Shown one piece after another: positions 1 through 6,961 of a DNA stretch of 7,695 nt (its first letter is position 1; the number at the start of each line of letters is the position of its first letter). The stretch covers positions 1 through 7,695 of the IMG/VR virus record IMGVR_UViG_2778261454_000007. One strand, given 5' to 3'. The DNA comes from a virus (lineage: Duplodnaviria > Heunggongvirae > Uroviricota > Caudoviricetes). The position numbers were made by a program, and so were the translations under genes. Below the pieces are notes generated by a model that was given only the letters and a program-made list of their open reading frames with translations, searched no databases and was not told where the DNA came from.

Positions 1-61
1 GCGGCATAACCTGAATCTGAGGCAGCACCTGGCACGGCTGGGACGGAAGTCGCTGTCGTTC

Positions 62-1270
62 TCAAAATCGGTGGAGCTGCATGACAAAGTCATCGGGCAT
101 TATCTGAACATAAAACACTATCAATAAGTTGGAGTCATTACCCGCCAGCATAGCGAAACAATATGTATCCCAATGGTCTGGTGAGTGCAGGTTGAGTTTT
201 TTCTTCATATCCTCCTTACTCATCACCTTCCATTGACCTGCGGAGTTAATCCCTACAGGGATTTTCGACGCTTCCTCAATAGTTTCATTACCCTTATCCA
301 GTCTCATACGACCAGATTTTACGGCCTCTGCGGCTTGAACGTTGGCATAAGCACGCTTATCAAAGTACAGGCTCTTATCTTCACGACTATGCATCTTTTT
401 ACCCCAGCGTATACGCTGTACGGTAATACCATAATGCTCGTACATCAGATCCGCCGTTGCTTTACCCAGGCCATCGCCGTCGATCGCTATGGTGATATTT
501 GGGAATCGCTCAGGATTACATTCTGCGAAAATTTTGGCGGCAAGCTGCGTTTCTGTAACGTCTGTGTATTCCAGCATTCGATAGTTGATTACACGGCGTT
601 TATTTCGCTGGCCGGACACCATCATGATATTGATAACGGACTTATCCCGTCCCGTACCACCAGCAACGTCCACACATGCAAGCCAGCCCCATCCTTTGGC
701 AATCTTGACTTTCCGCCGCGTTGCACGTTCAACCTCATCACGTCCAAGAAGGAAGCCATCCTGTGATTTAGGGAATAGGCCGCGTACCTTAATCATGTAC
801 ATAGGGTTATCACGCCCGCCGTACTCCGCCAGCTTCATTTTGATAAATGCTGGCGTTACCAGCGGTGATTCCTCACTGTTAAGCGTGATCGCCGTATAAA
901 CGCCATCAGGGTTACCAGGACGCTTGACCAGTTTATGGTGTGTATCGTAGAAATAGCCGCTTGGGCGTGTAGGCTGTGACAGCAATAAGATGCGGTTATC
1001 CTGTCCGGTAAGAGCACCGGTGATGATACCGAAAGCTCTATCACTGACACCGGAGGCTTCATCGATAATATACAGAAGATGATCTGCGTGTTCACCGGCG
1101 AGAGCTTCTTCACTTCCCAGACGAAAGCCCTTCGGTACTACAGTCCATACACCTTTACCAGTAACCTCATAGAAAGCGGTTTCTGTCAGAACAAAATAAT
1201 CAGCAAGCCATGGAAAACGGCTGGTGGCCGTAGCCCAGTTTATCTTGATGTACTTGAATATACCGGTCAT
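62..1270 (-). CDS. pacB: Terminase large subunit (pacase PacB-like), C-terminal 402-aa segment; same frame as 1277..1546 but separated from it by an in-frame TAG, so the intact gene would span 62..1546 (494 codons)
   Basis: Minus-strand ORF with ATG at 1268..1270. Contains a Walker-B-like [11 protein letters not shown] and a C-terminal acidic-residue nuclease-like region ([18 protein letters not shown]) typical of phage large terminases. It lies directly downstream of pacA, and the combined length of 494 aa matches my recollection of P1 PacB. Confidence 0.85.
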
Positions 1271-1276
1271 TACCTG

Positions 1277-1546
1277 CTAAATTTTGTTCGCAACGATAAT
1301 GGCACGGGCACCGGGATACATGATTATGAACAACATGATCATGATAGAAGTCATGTCTGATTTCCCGGTACCGTGACCAGACGAAACAGATGTCTTGCTA
1401 CCCTGTTCCTGCACAGACTCAATAATCAGATCCTGCTGCCAGGTAGGTGTTTTGCCGAACAAAACATCAGCGGCCGCAATCCAGTCATAACGATATAGCG
1501 CCACCAACTCGCGCCAACGTGGATCCGTTACGCAACTTCTGGCCAT
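1277..1546 (-). pseudogene. pacB: PacB N-terminal 89-aa segment terminated by an in-frame amber codon (TAG = revcomp of 1277..1279); gene appears disrupted
   Basis: ATG at 1544..1546 overlaps the pacA stop (TAATG). Carries the P-loop-like SGHGTGKS. Frame arithmetic: 1546 and 1270 are both 1 mod 3, so the two ORFs share a frame; the codons read ...ANKI-TAG-CAG-GTA-ATG(TGIF...). Confidence 0.8.
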
Positions 1547-2739
1547 TAATCATCATCCCCGTATAGCTTGCGGGTAACTTCTTCGTCTTCCTCCTCGTCT
1601 TCGTCTAGATCTTGTTCCAGCCATGGTTCGTTTGATACACCTTCAGTATCAACATCTCCATAACCGCCTGTATCAACGATATCGGCGATTTCTTCCCTAC
1701 GTTGCTCAATCCACAATGCAGCATCGGCGCGGCGGTTGGCGGCCCGTTCTCGCGCAACTTTGTCCAGATCTTCAAGAGAAGGGCCACCGACGGCTGTTTG
1801 CCTTTCCTCATCATCGGTATTGGTCTTAGGAGCACGCAGATCGGCTTTGATTTGCTCCAGCATCAGGGGCGGAACTTTCCCGCCATGCGCCTCGATGAAT
1901 TCAGCTGCTTCCAGCACTGACCAGTTATTTTCACGCTTTCGTTCGTATGCCAGCTTAACAATGCCAGCCTGCCCCATAGACAAAGCGTGCTTTTCCGCCT
2001 CCCGGCTTTCTTTTCGATAGTTATTCCGGATGCTGTAAATGGTGTTGATCAGACTGCTTATCTGCGCGGAACAGCTGTTTAGCATGCTCGCGATACGGTA
2101 TTCAGGCGGAGTACCTTCATCATCGTCTTTTTGCTGATCGCGCATTTCCTGCACCAGGCGAATACACGTATCCCTGGCGTTCTCCAGCATAAGGAGATGA
2201 GAAAGAGACTTTTCAAGAAGAGTGGTTTCCAGAACATCGGCCCCGGACCGACGCAACATAGCGCGCGCGGCCTTCCGCGCTTCAACGTTATCTATCAGGT
2301 AATCGCCAGCTTCGAATTCAAAGCGTTCACCATCATCATCCAGGGTGTCGCGTTCCAGGCGATCACGTAAGGTCCGGTGGGCGCGGGTGATCACGTCATG
2401 ATCATCTGAACGATCATTTATGCGCTTATTTTGGCGCTTCGCATTCTCGACTGCGGCACTGACAACGGCATTAACTCTCTGTTTTTCCGCTATTTCAGCC
2501 GCAATATGATCACCTGCATGTTGATCATTAGAGTGATCAATGATCATGCTTTTTAGTGGCTTCCTGACTGGCTTATTTGGCTTGCGGCTGTCCGCAGTCC
2601 TGGTGTCTTCTTTGAAGGCACGGAGATAACGACGTGCAGTATTAGGGTTAAGATTAAACTCGGCGGCATACTGTGCGATGGTGTAACCACCATCTCGCGC
2701 CAGGCGAGCAAAATTCTTCTTGTGATCGTCCCAGGTCAC
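1546..2739 (-). CDS. pacA: Small terminase / pacase subunit PacA (397 aa) with N-terminal HTH and highly acidic C-terminus
   Basis: 397-aa ORF; N-terminus [39 protein letters not shown] is HTH-like, and the C-terminus [13 protein letters not shown] is acidic. Apparent GTG start (revcomp of 2737..2739) preceded by AAGGAAG. The TGATC(A/G) hexamer clusters of a P1-type pac site lie inside its 5' third, and it is translationally coupled to pacB. Confidence 0.9.
   Translation of the reverse strand: MTWDDHKKNFARLARDGGYTIAQYAAEFNLNPNTARRYLRAFKEDTRTADSRKPNKPVRKPLKSMIIDHSNDQHAGDHIAAEIAEKQRVNAVVSAAVENAKRQNKRINDRSDDHDVITRAHRTLRDRLERDTLDDDGERFEFEAGDYLIDNVEARKAARAMLRRSGADVLETTLLEKSLSHLLMLENARDTCIRLVQEMRDQQKDDDEGTPPEYRIASMLNSCSAQISSLINTIYSIRNNYRKESREAEKHALSMGQAGIVKLAYERKRENNWSVLEAAEFIEAHGGKVPPLMLEQIKADLRAPKTNTDDEERQTAVGGPSLEDLDKVARERAANRRADAALWIEQRREEIADIVDTGGYGDVDTEGVSNEPWLEQDLDEDEEEDEEVTRKLYGDDD
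2360..2546. other. pac-type packaging site: two clusters of TGATC(A/G) hexamers (Dam GATC sites) inside pacA
   Basis: Hexamers at 2360-2365 (CGATCA), 2388-2393, 2399-2404, 2411-2416 (CGATCA), then 2507-2512, 2522-2527, 2534-2539, 2541-2546 (TGATCA), with about 90 bp of hexamer-free DNA between the clusters. P1 pac is described as about 160 bp with seven TGATCA/G elements, four at one end and three at the other. Confidence 0.75.
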
Positions 2740-2824
2740 TTATGCTTCCTTTCGTAAAAACTCTTTTTGACGCGAGGGTAACGAAAGTCACATGTCAAAA
2801 GGCCCGGAACGGGCAAGCAATCAA

Positions 2825-3277
2825 TCAGATACGTGCGGATGTGGCATTACCGTAATGACGGTGCTGACGGGCCACCTTATTGAAAAGTTGACGCGCCATT
2901 ACCCAAGGCTGGTGCTCCCGGCGTTCCTTTTCGTCCTGCGTCATATAGAGTTCGTTCTGGAGTTTTTCATCAAACCGGCGCGGAGCGCGGCTACGGCGAA
3001 AGAATTCAGGATTCAGAGAGTGGATCTGAAATCTACGTGGGCGTGTACTGTCATCAATCAAAACAGACGAATACTTAGACACAGCGATAGCCTTTAAGCG
3101 CAGATAAACATCGCGCTTATCGACATCCAGATGTGGGTATTCCTTTTCAAGAATTGCTGCGAGTTCTTTCGCTGATAGAAGAGATTTAGTGCGGATCATG
3201 TAATCCGCAATCTCGTACGATGTTATTCGTGAGTGATTTATTTCCATGAAGTGGCGTCCCTGCCAGTTAAGTAACAT
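2825..3277 (-). CDS. lpa: Late promoter activator Lpa-like protein (150 aa)
   Basis: 150-aa ORF with ATG at 3275..3277 preceded by AGGTGA. It sits immediately upstream of pacA/pacB in the same orientation, which is the P1 arrangement. Identity is by recollection of P1 Lpa (gp10) and gene order, not by alignment. Confidence 0.75.
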   Translation of the reverse strand: MLLNWQGRHFMEINHSRITSYEIADYMIRTKSLLSAKELAAILEKEYPHLDVDKRDVYLRLKAIAVSKYSSVLIDDSTRPRRFQIHSLNPEFFRRSRAPRRFDEKLQNELYMTQDEKERREHQPWVMARQLFNKVARQHRHYGNATSARI

Positions 3278-3322
3278 CCTGTCACCTACTGATTAGCCCA
3301 TGTCAACTAATCAACGTGGAAT

Positions 3323-3364
3323 ATAATACCATCGATTAAAGAAATAGCAATACATTAGAGCAAT
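3323..3364 (-). promoter_or_regulatory. Putative lpa promoter (-35 TTGCTA 3345..3350, 16-bp spacer, TGG-extended -10 TATTAT 3323..3328) overlapping a C1-operator-like 17-mer (3348..3364)
   Basis: The minus strand reads ATTGCTCTAATGTATTG, versus the P1 C1 operator consensus ATTGCTCTAATAAATTT as I recall it (first 11 nt identical, 14/17 overall). A sigma70-like -35/-10 pair overlaps this site, about 45 bp upstream of the lpa ATG. Confidence 0.45.
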
Positions 3365-3365
3365 T

Positions 3366-4409
3366 TTATCTAACACTCGACGAGTGACTTGTGATAGCGC
3401 CGACTCCAAGCGCGTAATCAAAGAACAATCGTTGATGCATCGCCAGCCTACCGTGCGTCTTCTCCCAATTATCGCGGTCACGCTCAATATCACGCTGGCA
3501 TGACTGGCACAGAGGAATTGCGTAAATGTCATGCGCGCATAATCGACTATGACGAACGATATAAGGCGTAATGTAAGCGCCAGCTCCCGCCGCTCCACAC
3601 CCACAGCATGGACGGGAAGCAACAAAGTCCATGTACTCAGGTAATTTTAGCGATTGCAGTTTTGGTATTTTGAAATGCGCCATGCCAGGGTCGGAGTCAA
3701 CATCCACAGGGCATACTTTTGCACGCATCGGCGCGGCGCGTTCTTCCATCATCTGAACATATGCTGTAGCGCGATCGTCATACGGGCGAATATCCGCCTC
3801 TTTCAGAGGTCCGCTATCCTGCGTTGCGGCTTTCATCTTATTTATTGATATACGGCAAACTTCTTCCGGCATCAGGTGCATCATGTTGCGCATGAAAGCC
3901 CACCAGCACAGTTCCTGAATACTTAAATCATGGCCATCTGAAAGCCCCATTTCCTGACGGGCGACATCCAGTATCCAGTTAACGCGATTATTATGCAGCG
4001 TTTCTTTCAGCTCATTAAAACCACGCATCCGGTAATGGTTATCGTGATGCCAGCACAACAACACCGCGCTCTTGTCTCGTTCAGCGTGGACAATATGGTT
4101 GTCACACCAACTACGATCTGCGGCCTGGCATTGCCCCTCTTTCCTGCGCAACCACGCCACCAGCGAGTCAATTCCACCAATACGGTGAAACAGTTCATCG
4201 CTGTTAAAAAACGGCTGCAACGCCTCATTTGTTGCCATGGTTTGCTCGGTAACAACGAGGCCGTCTTCCATGTGCTCGATTAACTCACGCGGCACCGGCT
4301 CCATAATAAATTTACGGCCAGCCTCCACCAGCTTTCTGACCTCCTGATCCACTTTGAACGTGGCGAGGCCAAGCTCTTTCTGTACAAAGGGAGTAATTAC
4401 GGCTTTCAC
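3366..4409 (-). CDS. pdcB: Post-doc protein PdcB-like, 347 aa, function unknown; Cys/His-rich C-terminal region (CCGCG...H...CAHD...CQSC) suggests a Zn-binding, possibly HNH-like, domain
   Basis: Long minus-strand ORF with GTG start (revcomp of 4407..4409) preceded by AAAGGTG; stop at 3366..3368. Its position after doc/pdcA and before lpa matches P1 pdcB from memory. No catalytic motif is assigned with confidence. Confidence 0.65.
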   Translation of the reverse strand: MKAVITPFVQKELGLATFKVDQEVRKLVEAGRKFIMEPVPRELIEHMEDGLVVTEQTMATNEALQPFFNSDELFHRIGGIDSLVAWLRRKEGQCQAADRSWCDNHIVHAERDKSAVLLCWHHDNHYRMRGFNELKETLHNNRVNWILDVARQEMGLSDGHDLSIQELCWWAFMRNMMHLMPEEVCRISINKMKAATQDSGPLKEADIRPYDDRATAYVQMMEERAAPMRAKVCPVDVDSDPGMAHFKIPKLQSLKLPEYMDFVASRPCCGCGAAGAGAYITPYIVRHSRLCAHDIYAIPLCQSCQRDIERDRDNWEKTHGRLAMHQRLFFDYALGVGAITSHSSSVR

Positions 4410-4436
4410 ATCACACCTTTCATCACTGATTGGGCT

Positions 4437-4616
4437 TTATCTGCTGCCCGGCATTCTCTGTTTAAGCACAACCATTTCCTGACGGCATAACACAGCAATA
4501 GCAGTCCTGGCTCCAATTTGCTTACCAACCAGGTATTGCTTTACCTCGCGGCGACTCACGCCATCAAGAAGCATCTTTAACGCTTCACGGGACAATTTGT
4601 TGTATTTGCGTGCCAT
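4437..4616 (-). CDS. pdcA: Small post-doc protein (59 aa from ATG 4614..4616; the ORF track extends to 4637), possible HTH-containing regulator
   Basis: ATG at 4614..4616 lies 5 nt after the doc stop and is preceded by GGAG; the longer start at 4637 would overlap doc. The sequence LSREALKMLLDGVSRREVKQYLVG is helix-turn-helix-like. The gene symbol is assigned by position only. Confidence 0.5.
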   Translation of the reverse strand: MARKYNKLSREALKMLLDGVSRREVKQYLVGKQIGARTAIAVLCRQEMVVLKQRMPGSR

Positions 4617-4620
4617 TAAT

Positions 4621-5001
4621 CTACTCCGCAGAACCATACAATCTACGTAACGTGTCGGCGACAGAAGATACAGATATCTCGCCAGTCGCAGCGCCTACAG
4701 TAAGGTCTGCCAGTTCAGGTGAATCAAATACCTGCACTCCGTTACGGCGTAGAAATAGCAGCGCACTGTTTAGCGCGGTACGCTTATTGGCATCATTGAA
4801 TATATGCCCTCTCGCTGTAGCCACCAGGTAGGTGGCGGAGACTTCGAAAAGGTCGGTGATATCTTCGTAGGCAACTCTGGCCTGAACTCTCCCGATAATG
4901 GCCTCTGCCCTACCCGGATCTGACATTCCCGGCAGGCCGCCGTAGCGGCTTATATTCGCATCATGAAGCGCAATAAGTTCTTCCGGTGATATATGCCTCA
5001 T
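4621..5001 (-). CDS. doc: Doc toxin (death on curing; Fic-fold kinase), 126 aa
   Basis: Contains the Fic-type motif HIFNDANKR. Length and sequence match my recollection of P1 Doc. The start ATG (4999..5001) overlaps the phd stop (5001..5003) as TAATG. Confidence 0.95.
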
Positions 5002-5222
5002 TATCGGTTAACCAGTTCCTTGTTGGTGGAGTCCAGGGTGTCAAACAGGGATGCAAATTCAGCATCCAGCGCCGCTTTTTTGTAGGCTTCGAAAGTAGCC
5101 TTGCTGACAATTACTGCTGGCTCACGGCCTCTGCGGGTGATTTCAACCTCTTCCCCGGCTTCAACATTGTTGAGCACTTCAGAAAGGTTGCCGCGCGCGG
5201 TACGGAAGTTAATGGATTGCAT
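5001..5222 (-). CDS. phd: Phd antitoxin (prevent host death), 73 aa from ATG 5220..5222
   Basis: [41 protein letters not shown]... matches my recollection of P1 Phd. GAGGTG sits 4 nt upstream of the ATG at 5222. The ORF-track start at 5228 is a GTG two codons upstream and is less likely. Confidence 0.93.
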
Positions 5223-5228
5223 AAACAC

Positions 5229-5259
5229 CTCGTGTACTCGTTATGTGTACACAATTATA
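5229..5259 (-). promoter_or_regulatory. phd-doc promoter and operator: -10 TATAAT (revcomp of 5254..5259) followed by palindrome TGTGTACACA (5244..5253) and a second GTGTAC-containing imperfect palindrome (5231..5240)
   Basis: The minus strand reads GTTTATAATTGTGTACACATAACGAGTACACGAGGTGTTTATG. Phd is known to autorepress by binding palindromic operator sites that overlap its promoter. Confidence 0.7.
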
Positions 5260-5354
5260 AACTTCACAGGCATAAAGCACCAGCACTTTGCGGCTTAACA
5301 AACCTCTAGGCAGGTCATTCGTAGCCTAATGTCCGAACTGCTAAAGCATCCAAG

Positions 5355-5366
5355 TTGCTGTAGAAT
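5355..5366 (+). promoter_or_regulatory. Possible hsdM promoter -10 element TAGAAT (5361..5366); no convincing -35
   Basis: This is the only reasonable -10-like hexamer within 40 bp upstream of the hsdM ATG. Support is weak. Confidence 0.25.
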
Positions 5367-5398
5367 CACCGCCAATTACATAAGCCTGAAATAAGTGG

Positions 5399-6961
5399 AT
5401 GAAAATGACAAGTATTCAACAACGTGCAGAGCTTCATCGTCAAATCTGGCAAATTGCTAACGATGTCAGAGGTTCGGTCGATGGATGGGATTTTAAGCAA
5501 TACGTTCTGGGCGCGCTTTTCTACCGTTTTATCAGCGAAAATTTTTCCAGCTATATTGAAGCCGGTGATGACAGCATCTGTTATGCGAAACTGGATGACA
5601 GCGTAATTACTGATGACATTAAAGACGATGCCATCAAAACCAAAGGCTACTTCATCTACCCAAGTCAGCTTTTCTGCAACGTAGCTGCGAAAGCAAATAC
5701 CAATGACAGACTGAACGCAGATTTAAACAGCATCTTCGTTGCTATCGAAAGTTCTGCTTACGGTTATCCTTCAGAAGCAGACATCAAAGGTTTGTTTGCT
5801 GATTTCGATACCACCAGTAACCGCCTGGGTAACACCGTTAAAGATAAAAATGCCCGCCTGGCTGCGGTTCTGAAAGGGGTTGAAGGGTTAAAGCTTGGCG
5901 ACTTTAACGAACATCAGATTGACCTGTTCGGCGATGCCTATGAGTTCCTGATTTCTAACTATGCCGCGAATGCCGGTAAGTCAGGCGGCGAGTTCTTTAC
6001 ACCGCAGCACGTCTCTAAGCTGATTGCACAACTGGCAATGCACGGCCAGACCCACGTTAACAAAATCTACGACCCGGCAGCAGGTTCCGGTTCGCTGTTG
6101 TTGCAGGCTAAAAAACAGTTTGATGACCATATCATCGAAGAAGGTTTTTTTGGTCAGGAAATCAACCATACGACCTATAACCTGGCGCGTATGAACATGT
6201 TTTTGCACAACATCAACTACGACAAGTTTGATATCAAGTTGGGCAATACGCTGACTGAGCCGCACTTCAGAGATGAAAAACCGTTTGATGCCATCGTTTC
6301 TAACCCGCCGTATTCGGTGAAATGGATTGGCAGCGATGACCCGACGCTGATTAACGATGAACGTTTTGCCCCGGCTGGCGTTCTGGCCCCCAAATCCAAA
6401 GCTGACTTTGCGTTTGTATTACATGCGCTGAACTATCTTTCTGCCAAAGGTCGTGCTGCGATTGTCTGCTTCCCGGGCATTTTTTACCGTGGCGGCGCGG
6501 AGCAGAAAATCCGTCAGTATCTGGTTGACAATAACTATGTCGAAACCGTGATTTCACTCGCACCGAACCTGTTCTTTGGCACCACCATTGCCGTCAATAT
6601 TCTGGTGTTGTCTAAACATAAAACGGATACCAACGTTCAGTTTATTGATGCCAGCGAGCTGTTCAAAAAAGAGACTAACAACAACATTCTGACCGATGCC
6701 CATATCGAACAGATTATGCAGGTATTTGCCAGCAAGGAAGATGTTGCTCATCTGGCGAAATCTGTCGCGTTTGAGACCGTTGTCGCGAATGACTATAACC
6801 TGTCGGTGAGCAGCTATGTGGAAGCGAAAGATACTCGCGAAATTATCGATATCGCTGAGTTGAATGCAGAGCTGAAAACCACGGTCAGCAAAATCGACCA
6901 GTTGCGTAAAGATATTGATGCGATTGTGGCTGAAATTGAAGGCTGCGAGGTGCAAAAATGA
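5399..6961 (+). CDS. hsdM: Type I restriction-modification methyltransferase subunit HsdM, type IC (EcoR124I/EcoDXXI/EcoprrI family), 520 aa
   Basis: N6-adenine methyltransferase motifs are present: AdoMet-binding [10 protein letters not shown] (6071..6100) and catalytic NPPY (6302..6313). The N-terminus [25 protein letters not shown] and the 520-aa length match my recollection of EcoR124I HsdM. The stop overlaps the hsdS start (ATGA, 6958..6961). Confidence 0.95.
   Translation: MKMTSIQQRAELHRQIWQIANDVRGSVDGWDFKQYVLGALFYRFISENFSSYIEAGDDSICYAKLDDSVITDDIKDDAIKTKGYFIYPSQLFCNVAAKANTNDRLNADLNSIFVAIESSAYGYPSEADIKGLFADFDTTSNRLGNTVKDKNARLAAVLKGVEGLKLGDFNEHQIDLFGDAYEFLISNYAANAGKSGGEFFTPQHVSKLIAQLAMHGQTHVNKIYDPAAGSGSLLLQAKKQFDDHIIEEGFFGQEINHTTYNLARMNMFLHNINYDKFDIKLGNTLTEPHFRDEKPFDAIVSNPPYSVKWIGSDDPTLINDERFAPAGVLAPKSKADFAFVLHALNYLSAKGRAAIVCFPGIFYRGGAEQKIRQYLVDNNYVETVISLAPNLFFGTTIAVNILVLSKHKTDTNVQFIDASELFKKETNNNILTDAHIEQIMQVFASKEDVAHLAKSVAFETVVANDYNLSVSSYVEAKDTREIIDIAELNAELKTTVSKIDQLRKDIDAIVAEIEGCEVQK

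Noticed and set aside
1-126. Open plus-strand frame entering the window (frame 2, stop near 124..126), possibly the 3' end of a convergent gene such as the immunity repressor
   Set aside because: Only about 40 codons are visible with no motif, and it would overlap the pacB 3' end by about 65 bp. The other plus frames stop at 7..9 and 10..12, so I cannot decide which frame, if any, is real from this fragment.
185-1360. Plus-strand and minus-strand ORFs from the track embedded in pacB (185..766 +, 585..899 +, 856..1113 -, 1079..1360 +)
   Set aside because: They lie entirely within or antisense to the well-supported terminase reading frame, have no recognisable motifs or ribosome-binding sites, and have low-complexity, stop-poor composition typical of shadow ORFs.
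1605-2370. ORFs overlapping pacA (1605..1835 -, 1623..1829 +, 1702..1920 +, 1736..2020 +, 2079..2285 -, 2131..2370 +)
   Set aside because: These are alternative-frame or antisense ORFs inside the pacA coding region, with Arg/Ser/Pro-rich shadow-frame composition and no independent support.
2793-2814. Short GC hairpin (GCCCG-GAA-CGGGC, 2802..2814) and a TTGACA on the minus strand (2793..2798) between lpa and pacA, considered as terminator or promoter
   Set aside because: The stem is only 5 bp and is followed by a 4-T run; the TTGACA has no -10 partner at 16-18 bp. This is insufficient to call an intrinsic terminator or sigma70 promoter, and P1 late promoters are reported to lack a -35 in any case.
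3301-3306. Perfect TTGACA on the minus strand just upstream of the lpa RBS
   Set aside because: The corresponding -10 position would fall on the Shine-Dalgarno sequence and start codon of lpa, so this is probably a chance match.
2673-4283. ORFs 2673..2855 +, 2792..3097 +, 3311..3625 -, 3654..3848 +, 3993..4283 +, 4007..4255 -
   Set aside because: All overlap lpa or pdcB in other frames or on the opposite strand. The minus-strand operon reading is more parsimonious, being tightly packed with RBS-supported starts.
4610-5309. ORFs 4610..4831 +, 4986..5309 +, 5101..5298 + antisense to doc/phd
   Set aside because: They are antisense to the clearly recognisable Phd and Doc coding sequences, and 4986..5309 would also run through the phd promoter-operator.
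5424-6955. ORFs 5424..5606 +, 5981..6265 -, 6217..6399 -, 6351..6563 -, 6554..6955 - inside hsdM
   Set aside because: They lie within or antisense to hsdM, whose frame is fixed by the methyltransferase motifs [10 protein letters not shown] and NPPY.
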